A stretch of DNA of 6,512 nucleotides. It comes from a virus (lineage: Duplodnaviria; Heunggongvirae; Uroviricota; Caudoviricetes). A program made the translations under genes and the position numbers. The notes under the pieces were generated by a model, which saw nothing but the letters and a program-made list of their open reading frames with translations, had not been told where the DNA came from and did no database searches. Location of the stretch: IMG/VR virus record IMGVR_UViG_2531839454_000010. One strand, 5' to 3'. Shown here piece by piece: positions 1 to 6,512 of the stretch. Numbering within the stretch: the stretch's first letter is position 1; each line of letters starts with the position of its first letter.

Positions 1-18
1 CTGGCCAGAATGCAATAA
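1..18 (+). CDS. 3' end of the upstream head gene (probably the lambda FI-like DNA-packaging/head assembly protein); only the last 5 codons and the stop are in the window
   Basis: Frame 1 reads L-A-R-M-Q then TAA at 16-18, ending 11 nt before the FII start. Assigned by synteny only (FI precedes FII in lambda); too short to confirm by sequence. Confidence 0.4.
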   Translation: MARMQ

Positions 19-20
19 CG

Positions 21-25
21 GGAGG
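21..25 (+). promoter_or_regulatory. Shine-Dalgarno (GGAGG) for FII
   Basis: GGAGG lies 4 nt upstream of the GTG start at 30. Confidence 0.6.
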
Positions 26-29
26 CGCT

Positions 30-383
30 GTGGCTGATTTCGATAACCTGTTCGATGCTGCCATTGCCTGCGCCGATGAAACGATACGCGGGTACATGGG
101 AACGTCAGCCACCATGACATCCGGTGAGCAGTCCGGTGCTGTGATACGTGGTGTTTTTGATGACCCTGAAAATATCAGCTATGCCGGACAGGGCGTGCGC
201 GTTGAAGGCTCCAGCCCGTCCCTGTTTGTCCGGACTGATGATGTGCGGCAGCTGCGGCGCGGCGACACGCTGACCATCGGTGAGGAAAACTTCTGGATAG
301 ACCGGATTTCGCCGGATGATGGCGGAAGCTGTCATCTCTGGCTTGGGCGGGGCGTACCGCCTGCCGTTAACCGTCGCCGCTGA
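30..383 (+). CDS. FII: Head-tail joining (head completion) protein, lambda gpFII-like, 117 aa
   Basis: ORF 30..383 with a GTG start preceded by GGAGG (21-25) at 4 nt spacing. Translation MADFDNLFDAAIA...HLWLGRGVPPAVNRRR matches my recollection of lambda gpFII in sequence and in length (117 aa). Confidence 0.88.
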   Translation: MADFDNLFDAAIACADETIRGYMGTSATMTSGEQSGAVIRGVFDDPENISYAGQGVRVEGSSPSLFVRTDDVRQLRRGDTLTIGEENFWIDRISPDDGGSCHLWLGRGVPPAVNRRR

Positions 384-394
384 AAGGGGGATGT

Positions 395-973
395 ATGGCC
401 ATAAAAGGTCTTGAGCAGGCCGTTGAAAACCTCAGCCGTATCAGCAGAACGGCGGTGCCCGGTGCCGCCGCAATGGCCATTAACCGCGTTGCTTCATCCG
501 CGATATCGCAGTCGGTGGCACAGGTTGCCCGTGAGACAAGGGTACGCCGGAAACTGGTAAAGGAAAGGGCCAGGCTGAAAAGGGCCACGGTCAAAAATCC
601 GCAGGCCAGAATCAGGGTTAACCGGGGGGATTTGCCCGTAATCAAGCTGGGTAACGCGCGGGTTGTCCTTTCCCGCCGCAGACGTCGTAAAAAGGGGCAG
701 CGTTCATCCCTGAAAGGTGGCGGCAGCGTGCTTGTGGTGGGAAACCGTCGTATTCCCGGCGCGTTTATTCAGCAACTGAAAAATGGCCGGTGGCATGTCA
801 TGCAGCGTGTGGCCGGGAAAAACCGTTACCCCATTGATGTGGTGAAAATCCCGATGGCGGTGCCGCTTACCACGGCGTTTAAACAGAATATTGAACGGAT
901 ACGGCGTGAACGCCTTCCGAAAGAGCTGGGCTATGCGCTGCAGCATCAACTGAGAATGGTAATAAAGCGATGA
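395..973 (+). CDS. Z: Tail completion protein, lambda gpZ-like, 192 aa
   Basis: ORF 395..973 with ATG preceded by the purine-rich AAGGGGGA (384-391). Translation MAIKGLEQAVENLSRIS... matches lambda gpZ as I recall it, same length (192 aa). The stop overlaps the U start (ATGA at 970-973). Confidence 0.88.
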   Translation: MAIKGLEQAVENLSRISRTAVPGAAAMAINRVASSAISQSVAQVARETRVRRKLVKERARLKRATVKNPQARIRVNRGDLPVIKLGNARVVLSRRRRRKKGQRSSLKGGGSVLVVGNRRIPGAFIQQLKNGRWHVMQRVAGKNRYPIDVVKIPMAVPLTTAFKQNIERIRRERLPKELGYALQHQLRMVIKR

Positions 974-1365
974 AACATACTGAACTCCGTGCAGCCGTAC
1001 TGGATGCACTGGAGAAGCATGACGCCGGGGCGACGCTTTTTGATGGTCGCCCCGCTGTTTTTGATGAGGCGGATTTTCCGGCAATTGCCGTTTATCTCAC
1101 CGGCGCTGAATACACGGGCGAAGAGCTGGACAGTGATACCTGGCAGGCGGAGCTGCATATTGAAGTTTTCCTGCCTGCTCAGGTGCCGGATTCAGAGCTG
1201 GATTCGTGGATGGAGTCCCGGATTTATCCGGTGATGAGCGATGTCCCGGCACTGTCAGATTTGATCACCAGTATGGTGGCCAGTGGCTATGACTACCGGC
1301 GCGACGATGATGCGGGTCTGTGGAGTTCAGCCGATCTGACTTATGTCATTACCTATGAAATGTGA
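970..1365 (+). CDS. U: Tail terminator protein, lambda gpU-like, 131 aa
   Basis: ORF 970..1365. Translation [18 protein letters not shown]...[10 protein letters not shown] matches lambda gpU as I recall it, same length (131 aa). Start overlaps the Z stop. Confidence 0.9.
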   Translation: MKHTELRAAVLDALEKHDAGATLFDGRPAVFDEADFPAIAVYLTGAEYTGEELDSDTWQAELHIEVFLPAQVPDSELDSWMESRIYPVMSDVPALSDLITSMVASGYDYRRDDDAGLWSSADLTYVITYEM

Positions 1366-1372
1366 GGACGAT

Positions 1373-2113
1373 ATGCCTGTACCAAATCCAGTAATGCCGG
1401 TGAAAGGGGCCGGGACCACACTGTGGGTTTATAAGGGGAACGGTGACCCTTATGCGAACCCGCTTTCAGACGTTGACTGGTCGCGTCTGGCTAAAGTTAA
1501 AGACCTGACGCCCGGCGAACTGACCGCTGAGTCCTATGACGACAGCTATCTCGATGATGAAGATGCGGACTGGACTGCGACCGGGCAGGGGCAGAAATCT
1601 GCCGGAGATACCAGCTTCACGCTGGCGTGGATGCCCGGAGAGCAGGGGCAGCAGGCGCTGCTGGCGTGGTTTAATGAAGGGGATACCCGAGCCTATAAAA
1701 TCCGCTTCCCGAATGGCACGGTCGATGTGTTCCGCGGCTGGGTCAGCAGTATCGGTAAGGCGGTGACGGCGAAGGAAGTGATCACCCGCACGGTGAAAGT
1801 CACCAACGTGGGACGTCCGTCGATGGCAGAAGATCGCAGCACGGTAACAGCGGCAACCGGCATGACTGTGACGCCTGCCAGCACCTCGGTGGTGAAAGGG
1901 CAGAGCACCACGCTGACCGTGGCATTCCAGCCGGAAGGCGCAACCGACAAGAGCTTCCGTGCGGTGTCTGCGGATAAAACAAAAGCCACCGTGTCGGTCA
2001 GTGGTATGACCATCACCGTGAAAGGTGTTGCTGCAGGCAAGGTCAACATTCCGGTCGTATCCGGTAATGGTGAACTTGCTGCGGTTGCAGAAATCAACGT
2101 CACCAACAGCTAA
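1373..2113 (+). CDS. V: Major tail tube protein, lambda gpV-like, 246 aa, with a C-terminal Ig-like (Big_2-type) domain
   Basis: The ORF track gives 1343..2113 (256 aa), but lambda gpV begins MPVPNP... and the ATG at 1373 is preceded by GAGGA (1364-1368) and lies 7 nt after the U stop. The 1343 and 1355 ATGs would overlap U and lack a Shine-Dalgarno. Translation from 1373 ([22 protein letters not shown]...) gives 246 aa, the lambda gpV length. Confidence 0.88.
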   Translation: MPVPNPVMPVKGAGTTLWVYKGNGDPYANPLSDVDWSRLAKVKDLTPGELTAESYDDSYLDDEDADWTATGQGQKSAGDTSFTLAWMPGEQGQQALLAWFNEGDTRAYKIRFPNGTVDVFRGWVSSIGKAVTAKEVITRTVKVTNVGRPSMAEDRSTVTAATGMTVTPASTSVVKGQSTTLTVAFQPEGATDKSFRAVSADKTKATVSVSGMTITVKGVAAGKVNIPVVSGNGELAAVAEINVTNS

Positions 2114-2128
2114 TCCGGAGAGTCAGCG

Positions 2129-2551
2129 ATGTTCCTGAAAACCGAATCATTTGAACATAACGGTGTGACCGTCACGCTTTCTGAACTGTCAGCCCTGCAG
2201 CGTATTGAGCATCTTGCCTGGTTGAAAGAGCAGGAAAAAAAGGCTGAATCCAGTGGCAACCTGCAGGTGTCTGTAGAGGATCTTATCAGAGGCGGGGCGT
2301 TTCTGGTGGCGATGTCTCTGTGGCATAACCATCCGCAGAAGACAAAGCTGCCGTCCATGAATGAAGCCGTTAAACAAATTGAGCAGGAAGTGCTTACCAC
2401 CTGGCCCACGGAGGCAATTGCTCAGGCTGAAAACGTGGTGTTACGTCTGTCCGGAATGTCTGAGTTTGTTGTGAATGATGCACCTGAACAGGCAGATGAC
2501 GCCGGGCCTGCAGAGCCTGTTTCTGCGGGAAAGTGTTCGACGGTGAGCTGA
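2129..2551 (+). CDS. G: Tail assembly chaperone, lambda gpG-like, 140 aa (zero-frame product)
   Basis: ORF 2129..2551 with ATG preceded by GGAG (2117-2120). Translation MFLKTESFEHNGVTVTLSELSALQRIEHL...PVSAGKCSTVS matches lambda gpG and carries the slippery heptamer G GGA AAG near its 3' end. Confidence 0.9.
   Translation: MFLKTESFEHNGVTVTLSELSALQRIEHLAWLKEQEKKAESSGNLQVSVEDLIRGGAFLVAMSLWHNHPQKTKLPSMNEAVKQIEQEVLTTWPTEAIAQAENVVLRLSGMSEFVVNDAPEQADDAGPAEPVSAGKCSTVS
2527..2533 (+). other. Programmed -1 ribosomal frameshift slippery heptamer G GGA AAG (X XXY YYZ) linking G to T
   Basis: GGGAAAG at 2527-2533 sits in the G frame as G|GGA|AAG (Gly-Lys), 6 codons before the G stop. A -1 slip re-pairs the tRNAs to GGG-AAA and continues with GTG (2533) in the T frame. 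Same heptamer and position as the known lambda G-T frameshift. Confidence 0.85.
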
Positions 2552-2967
2552 GTTTTGCCCTGAAACTGGCGCGTGAAATGGGGCGACCCGACTGGCGCGC
2601 CATGCTTGCCGGGATGTCATCCACGGAGTATGCCGACTGGCACCGCTTTTACAGTACCCATTATTTTCATGATGTTCTGCTGGATATGCACTTTTCCGGG
2701 CTGACGTACACCGTGCTCAGCCTGTTTTTCAGCGATCCGGATATGCATCCGCTGGATTTCAGTCTGCTGAACCGGCGTGAGGCTGACGAAGAGCCTGAAG
2801 ATGATGTGCTGATGCAGAAAGCGGCAGGGCTTGCCGGAGGCGTTCGTTTTGGCCCGGACGGGAATGAAGTTATCCCCGCTTCCCCGGATGTGGCGGACAT
2901 GACGGAGGATGACGTAATGCTGATGACAGTATCAGAAGGGATCGCAGGAGGAGTCCGGTATGGCTGA
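2533..2967 (+). CDS. T: T segment of the tail assembly chaperone G-T fusion; -1 frame relative to G, expressed only by programmed frameshifting (fusion spans 2129..2967)
   Basis: The -1 frame is open from 2533 to the TGA at 2965-2967. Its translation VFDGELSFALKLAREMGRPDWRAMLAGMSSTEYADWHRFY...GIAGGVRYG matches the lambda T region as I recall it. There is no independent Shine-Dalgarno or ATG start; the frame is entered from G at GGGAAAG (2527-2533). Confidence 0.82.
   Translation: MFDGELSFALKLAREMGRPDWRAMLAGMSSTEYADWHRFYSTHYFHDVLLDMHFSGLTYTVLSLFFSDPDMHPLDFSLLNRREADEEPEDDVLMQKAAGLAGGVRFGPDGNEVIPASPDVADMTEDDVMLMTVSEGIAGGVRYG
2945..2951 (+). promoter_or_regulatory. Shine-Dalgarno (AGGAGGA) for H, embedded in the 3' end of the T coding sequence
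   Basis: AGGAGGA lies 8 nt upstream of the H ATG at 2960, inside the T reading frame. Confidence 0.6.
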
Positions 2968-5527
2968 ACCGGTAGGCGATCTGGTCGTTGATTTGAGTCT
3001 GGATGCGGCCAGATTTGACGAGCAGATGGCCAGAGTCAGGCGTCATTTTTCCGGTACGGAAAGTGATGCGAAAAAAACAGCGGCAGTCGTTGAACAGTCA
3101 ATGAACCGGCAGGCGCTGGCTGCACAGAAAGCGGGGATTTCCGTCGGACAGTATAAAGCCGCCATGCGTATGCTGCCTGCACAGTTCACTGACGTGGCCA
3201 CGCAGCTTGCAGGCGGGCAAAGTCCGTGGCTGATCCTGCTGCAACAGGGTGGTCAGGTGAAGGACTCCTTCGGCGGGATGATCCCCATGTTCAGGGGGCT
3301 TGCCGGTGCGATCACCCTGCCGATGGTGGGGGCCACCTCGCTGGCGGTGGCGACCGGTGCGCTGGCGTATGCCTGGTATCAGGGCAACTCAACCCTGTCC
3401 GATTTCAACAAAACGCTGGTCCTTTCCGGCAATCAGGCGGGACTGACGGCAGATCGTATGCTGGTCCTGTCCAGAGCCGGGCAGGCGGCAGGGCTGACGT
3501 TTAACCAGACCAGCGAGTCACTGACGGCGCTGGTGAATGCCGGTGTGCGTGGTGGTGAGCAGTTTGAGGCGATCAGCCAGAGTGTGGCGCGTTTCTCCTC
3601 TGCATCCGGCGTGGAGGTGGACAAGGTCGCTGAAGCCTTCGGGAAGCTGACCACAGACCCGACGTCGGGACTGACAGCGATGGCACGTCAGTTCCATAAC
3701 GTGACGGCGGAGCAGATTGCGTATGTTGCTCAGTTGCAGCGTTCCGGAGATGAAGCCGGGGCATTGCAGGCGGCGAACGAAGCCGCAACGAAAGGGTTTG
3801 ATGACCAGACCCTCCGCCTGAAAGAGAACATGGGCACGCTGGAGACCTGGGCAGACAGGACAGCACGGGCATTCAAATCCATGTGGGATGCGGTGCTGGA
3901 TATTGGTCGCCCGGACACTGCCCAGGGAATGCTGGAGAAAGCAGAGGCTTTGCGGACAAAAAAGCAGACGACATCTGGAATCACCGGCAAGGATAACCTC
4001 AGCTTTGTTAACGATGAAGCGCGGGAGCGTTACTGGGATGATCGTGAAAAGGCCCGTCTTGCGCTTGAAGCCGCCCGAAAGAAGGCTGAGCAGCAGACTC
4101 AACAGGCCAGAGAGATGGCAGCAAAGGACTGGGCCGAGTCTGAGGCATCACGGCTGAAATATACCGAAGAGGCGCAGAAGGCTTACGAACGCCTGCAGAC
4201 GCCGCTGGAGAAATATACCGCTCGTCAGGAAGAACTGAACAAGGCACTGAAAGACGGGAAAATCCTGCAGGCAGATTACAACACGCTGATGGCGGCGGCG
4301 AAAAAGGATTATGAAGCGACGCTGAAAAAGCCGAAGCAGTCCGAGGTGTCTGCGGGCGATCGTCAGGAAGACAGTGCTCATGCTGCCCTGCTGACGCTTC
4401 AGGCAGAACTCCGGACGCTGGAGAAGCATGGTGGAGCGAATGAGAAAATCAGCCAGCAGCGCCGGGATTTGTGGAAGGCGGAGAGTCAGTTCGCGGTACT
4501 GGAGGAGGCGGCGCAACGTCGCCAGCTGTCTGCACAGGAGAAATCCCTGCTGGCGCATAAAGATGAGACGCTGGAGTACAAACGCCAGCTGGCTGCACTT
4601 GGCGACAAGGTTACGTATCAGGAGCGCCTGAACGCGCTGGCGCAGCAGGCGGATAAATTCGCACAGCAGCAACGGGCAAAACGGGCCGCCATTGATGCGA
4701 AAAGCCGGGGGCTGACTGACCGGCAGGCAGAACGGGAAGCCACGGAACAGCGCCTGAAGGAACAGTATGGCGATAATCCGCTGGCGCTGAATAACGTCAT
4801 GTCAGAGCAGAAAAAGACCTGGGCGGCTGAAGACCAGCTTCGCGGGAGCTGGATGGCAGGCCTGAAGTCCGGCTGGAGTGAGTGGGAAGAGAGCGCCACG
4901 GACAGTATGTCGCAGGTAAAAAGTGCAGCCACGCAGACCTTTGATGGTATTGCACAGAATATGGCGGCGATGCTGACCGGCAGTGAGCAGAACTGGCGCA
5001 GCTTCACCCGTTCCGTGCTGTCCATGATGACAGAAATTCTGCTTAAGCAGGCAATGGTGGGAATTGTCGGGAGTATCGGCAGCGCCATTGGCGGTGCTGC
5101 CGGTGGTGGCGCATCAGTGTCAGGCGGTACAGCCATTCAGGCTGCTGCGGCAAAATTCCATTTTGCGACCGGGGGATTTACGGGAACTGGCGGCAAATAT
5201 GAGCCAGCGGGGATTGTTCACCGTGGTGAATTTGTCTTCACGAAGGAGGCAACCAGCCGGATTGGCGTGGGAAATCTCTACCGGCTGATGCGCGGCTATG
5301 CGGAAGGTGGTTATGTGGGCGGTGCCGGAAGTCCGGCGCAGATGCGGCGGGCGGAAGGCATTAATTTTAATCAGAACAATCACGTGGTGATTCAGAACGA
5401 CGGTACGAATGGTCTGCCAGGTCCACAGATGATGAAGGCAGTGTATGACATGGCCCGTAAGGGGGCCCGTGATGAAATTCAGGCACAGATGCGCGATGGT
5501 GGTCTGTTCTCCGGAGGTGGACGATGA
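2960..5527 (+). CDS. H: Tail tape measure protein, lambda gpH-like, 855 aa
   Basis: ORF 2960..5527 with ATG preceded by AGGAGGA (2945-2951); the start overlaps the T stop by 8 nt. Translation MAEPVGDLVVDLSLDAARFDEQMARVRRHF...RDGGLFSGGGR matches lambda gpH. It has a long A/Q/E/K/R-rich central helical region and a Gly/Ala-rich hydrophobic segment near the C-terminus. Confidence 0.95.
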   Translation: MAEPVGDLVVDLSLDAARFDEQMARVRRHFSGTESDAKKTAAVVEQSMNRQALAAQKAGISVGQYKAAMRMLPAQFTDVATQLAGGQSPWLILLQQGGQVKDSFGGMIPMFRGLAGAITLPMVGATSLAVATGALAYAWYQGNSTLSDFNKTLVLSGNQAGLTADRMLVLSRAGQAAGLTFNQTSESLTALVNAGVRGGEQFEAISQSVARFSSASGVEVDKVAEAFGKLTTDPTSGLTAMARQFHNVTAEQIAYVAQLQRSGDEAGALQAANEAATKGFDDQTLRLKENMGTLETWADRTARAFKSMWDAVLDIGRPDTAQGMLEKAEALRTKKQTTSGITGKDNLSFVNDEARERYWDDREKARLALEAARKKAEQQTQQAREMAAKDWAESEASRLKYTEEAQKAYERLQTPLEKYTARQEELNKALKDGKILQADYNTLMAAAKKDYEATLKKPKQSEVSAGDRQEDSAHAALLTLQAELRTLEKHGGANEKISQQRRDLWKAESQFAVLEEAAQRRQLSAQEKSLLAHKDETLEYKRQLAALGDKVTYQERLNALAQQADKFAQQQRAKRAAIDAKSRGLTDRQAEREATEQRLKEQYGDNPLALNNVMSEQKKTWAAEDQLRGSWMAGLKSGWSEWEESATDSMSQVKSAATQTFDGIAQNMAAMLTGSEQNWRSFTRSVLSMMTEILLKQAMVGIVGSIGSAIGGAAGGGASVSGGTAIQAAAAKFHFATGGFTGTGGKYEPAGIVHRGEFVFTKEATSRIGVGNLYRLMRGYAEGGYVGGAGSPAQMRRAEGINFNQNNHVVIQNDGTNGLPGPQMMKAVYDMARKGARDEIQAQMRDGGLFSGGGR

Positions 5528-5853
5528 AGACCTTCCGCTGGAAAGCGAAACCCGGTATGGATGTGGCTTCGGTCCCTTCCGTAAGAAAGGTGCGCTTTGG
5601 TGATGGCTATTCTCAGCGAGCGCCTGCCGGGCTGAATGCTGACCTGAAAACGTACAGCGTGACGCTTTCTGTCCCCCGTGAGGAGGCCACGGTACTGGAG
5701 TCGTTTCTGGAAGAGCACGGGGGCTGGAAAGCCTTTCTGTGGACGCCGCCTTATGAGTGGCGGCAGATAAAGGTGACCTGCGCAAAATGGTCGTCGCGGG
5801 TCAGTATGCTGCGTGTTGAGTTCAGCGCAGAGTTTGAACAGGTGGTGAACTGA
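5524..5853 (+). CDS. M: Tail tip assembly protein, lambda gpM-like, 109 aa
   Basis: ORF 5524..5853. Translation MKTFRWKAKPGMDVASVPSVRKVRFGDGYSQRAPAGLN... matches lambda gpM, same length (109 aa). Start overlaps the H stop (ATGA at 5524-5527). Confidence 0.9.
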   Translation: MKTFRWKAKPGMDVASVPSVRKVRFGDGYSQRAPAGLNADLKTYSVTLSVPREEATVLESFLEEHGGWKAFLWTPPYEWRQIKVTCAKWSSRVSMLRVEFSAEFEQVVN

Positions 5854-6512
5854 TGCAGGATATCCGGCAGGAAACACTGAATGAATGCACCCGTGCGGAG
5901 CAGTCGGCCAGCGTGGTGCTCTGGGAAATCGACCTGACAGAGGTCGGTGGAGAACGTTATTTTTTCTGTAATGAGCAGAACGAAAAAGGTGAGCCGGTCA
6001 CCTGGCAGGGGCGACAGTATCAGCCGTATCCCATTCAGGGGAGTGGTTTTGAACTGAATGGCAAAGGCACCAGTACGCGCCCCACGCTGACGGTTTCTAA
6101 CCTGTACGGTATGGTCACCGGGATGGCGGAAGATATGCAGAGTCTGGTCGGCGGAACGGTGGTCCGGCGTAAGGTTTACGCCCGTTTTCTGGATGCGGTG
6201 AACTTCGTCAACGGAAACAGAGACGCCGATCCGGAGCAGGAGGTGATCAGCCGCTGGCGCATCGAGCAGTGCAGCGAACTGAGCGCAGTCAGTGCCTCTT
6301 TTGTACTGTCCACGCCGACGGAAACGGATGGCGCTGTTTTTCCGGGACGTATCATGCTGGCCAACACCTGCACCTGGACCTATCGCGGTGACGAGTGCGG
6401 TTATCACGGTCCGGCAGTCGCGGATGAATATGACCAGCCGACGTCCGATATCACGAAGGATAAATGCAGCAAATGCCTGAGCGGCTGTAAGTTTCGCAAT
6501 AACGTCGGCAAC
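5853..6512 (+). CDS. L: Tail tip assembly protein, lambda gpL-like; 5' partial (220 codons, no stop in window)
   Basis: Not in the ORF track because no stop is reached. The ATG at 5853-5855 overlaps the M stop (TGATG). The frame stays open to the window end and reads MQDIRQETLNECTRAEQSASVVLWEIDLTEVGGERYFFCNEQNEKGEPVTWQGRQYQPYPIQGSGFELNGKGTSTRPTLTVSNLYGMV..., matching lambda gpL. It includes the Cys-rich C-terminal region. Confidence 0.88.
   Translation, partial: MQDIRQETLNECTRAEQSASVVLWEIDLTEVGGERYFFCNEQNEKGEPVTWQGRQYQPYPIQGSGFELNGKGTSTRPTLTVSNLYGMVTGMAEDMQSLVGGTVVRRKVYARFLDAVNFVNGNRDADPEQEVISRWRIEQCSELSAVSASFVLSTPTETDGAVFPGRIMLANTCTWTYRGDECGYHGPAVADEYDQPTSDITKDKCSKCLSGCKFRNNVGN

Noticed and set aside
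270-640. RGD tripeptides in FII (RRGDTL) and Z (NRGDLP).
   Set aside because: A three-residue motif is expected by chance in Arg/Gly/Asp-rich proteins, and there is no biological context for integrin-type binding in a coliphage.
105-1158. Minus-strand ORFs antisense to FII, Z and U (105..335, 367..645, 704..1084, 946..1158).
   Set aside because: Antisense to conserved structural genes, with low-complexity translations and no supporting signals.
1343-1372. N-terminal extension of V suggested by the ORF track (start at 1343, 256 aa).
   Set aside because: Would overlap U by 23 nt with no Shine-Dalgarno. The ATG at 1373 has GAGGA upstream and gives the 246-aa protein beginning MPVPNP, matching lambda gpV.
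989-5288. Short + strand alternative-frame ORFs inside U, V and H (989..1234, 1536..1766, 3226..3504, 3888..4157, 4428..4631, 5064..5288).
   Set aside because: All are out-of-frame overlaps with known genes, Arg-rich, and without plausible translation initiation signals. Likely spurious.
3518-5785. Four long minus-strand ORFs antisense to H (3518..4102, 4148..4672, 4618..5136, 5120..5785; 172-221 aa).
   Set aside because: They lie entirely inside a confidently identified, highly conserved + strand gene. Their translations are Arg/Cys/Ser/Leu-rich low-complexity sequences typical of antisense frames in GC-rich coding DNA. No Shine-Dalgarno context or recognisable domain.
5751-6407. Minus-strand ORF of 218 aa spanning the M/L junction.
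   Set aside because: Antisense to M and L, with no recognisable motifs. Its length is explained by stop-codon depletion opposite a GC-rich coding frame.
1-6512. Promoters, intrinsic terminators, tRNA or ncRNA genes, CRISPR repeats, IS elements or inverted-repeat termini.
   Set aside because: No intergenic space exceeds 15 nt, and I found no GC-rich stem followed by a U tract and no direct repeat arrays. In lambdoid phages this operon is transcribed from the late promoter far upstream, so no internal promoter is expected.
1-6512. Chi recombination hotspot (GCTGGTGG).
   Set aside because: Several near-matches were seen by eye on the + strand (for example CTTGTGGTGG near 728, TCTGGTGG near 2293, CGGTGGTGG near 5100) but no exact octamer. 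The check was manual and the reverse complement was not searched exhaustively.
1-6512. A novel or undescribed biological system (defence or anti-defence island, toxin-antitoxin pair, or similar).
   Set aside because: Every base is accounted for by canonical lambda tail genes with matching lengths and order. There are no orphan ORFs or intergenic islands to host such a system.

Overview
The whole window is one tightly packed, same-strand block of lambda-type (lambdoid siphovirus) tail morphogenesis genes in canonical order: FI (last 5 codons) - FII - Z - U - V - G - T (made only as the G-T frameshift fusion) - H (tape measure) - M - L (5' 220 codons, runs off the window end). Protein lengths match the phage lambda proteins as I know them (117, 192, 131, 246, 140, 855 vs about 853, and 109 aa) and the sequences are very close to my recollection of lambda's, so this is lambda itself or a very close lambdoid phage or prophage. 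Gaps between genes are 0-15 nt and four junctions overlap, leaving no room for inserted cargo genes, promoters, terminators, RNA genes, CRISPR arrays or mobile elements. I see no evidence of a novel or undescribed system here. The points worth a second look are all inside the genes: the G-T slippery heptamer, the Gly/Ala-rich hydrophobic segment and coiled-coil core of H, the Ig-like C-terminal domain of V, the cysteine cluster in L, and the polybasic tract in Z. All homology statements come from reading the translations and from memory of the lambda proteins; no database search was run.
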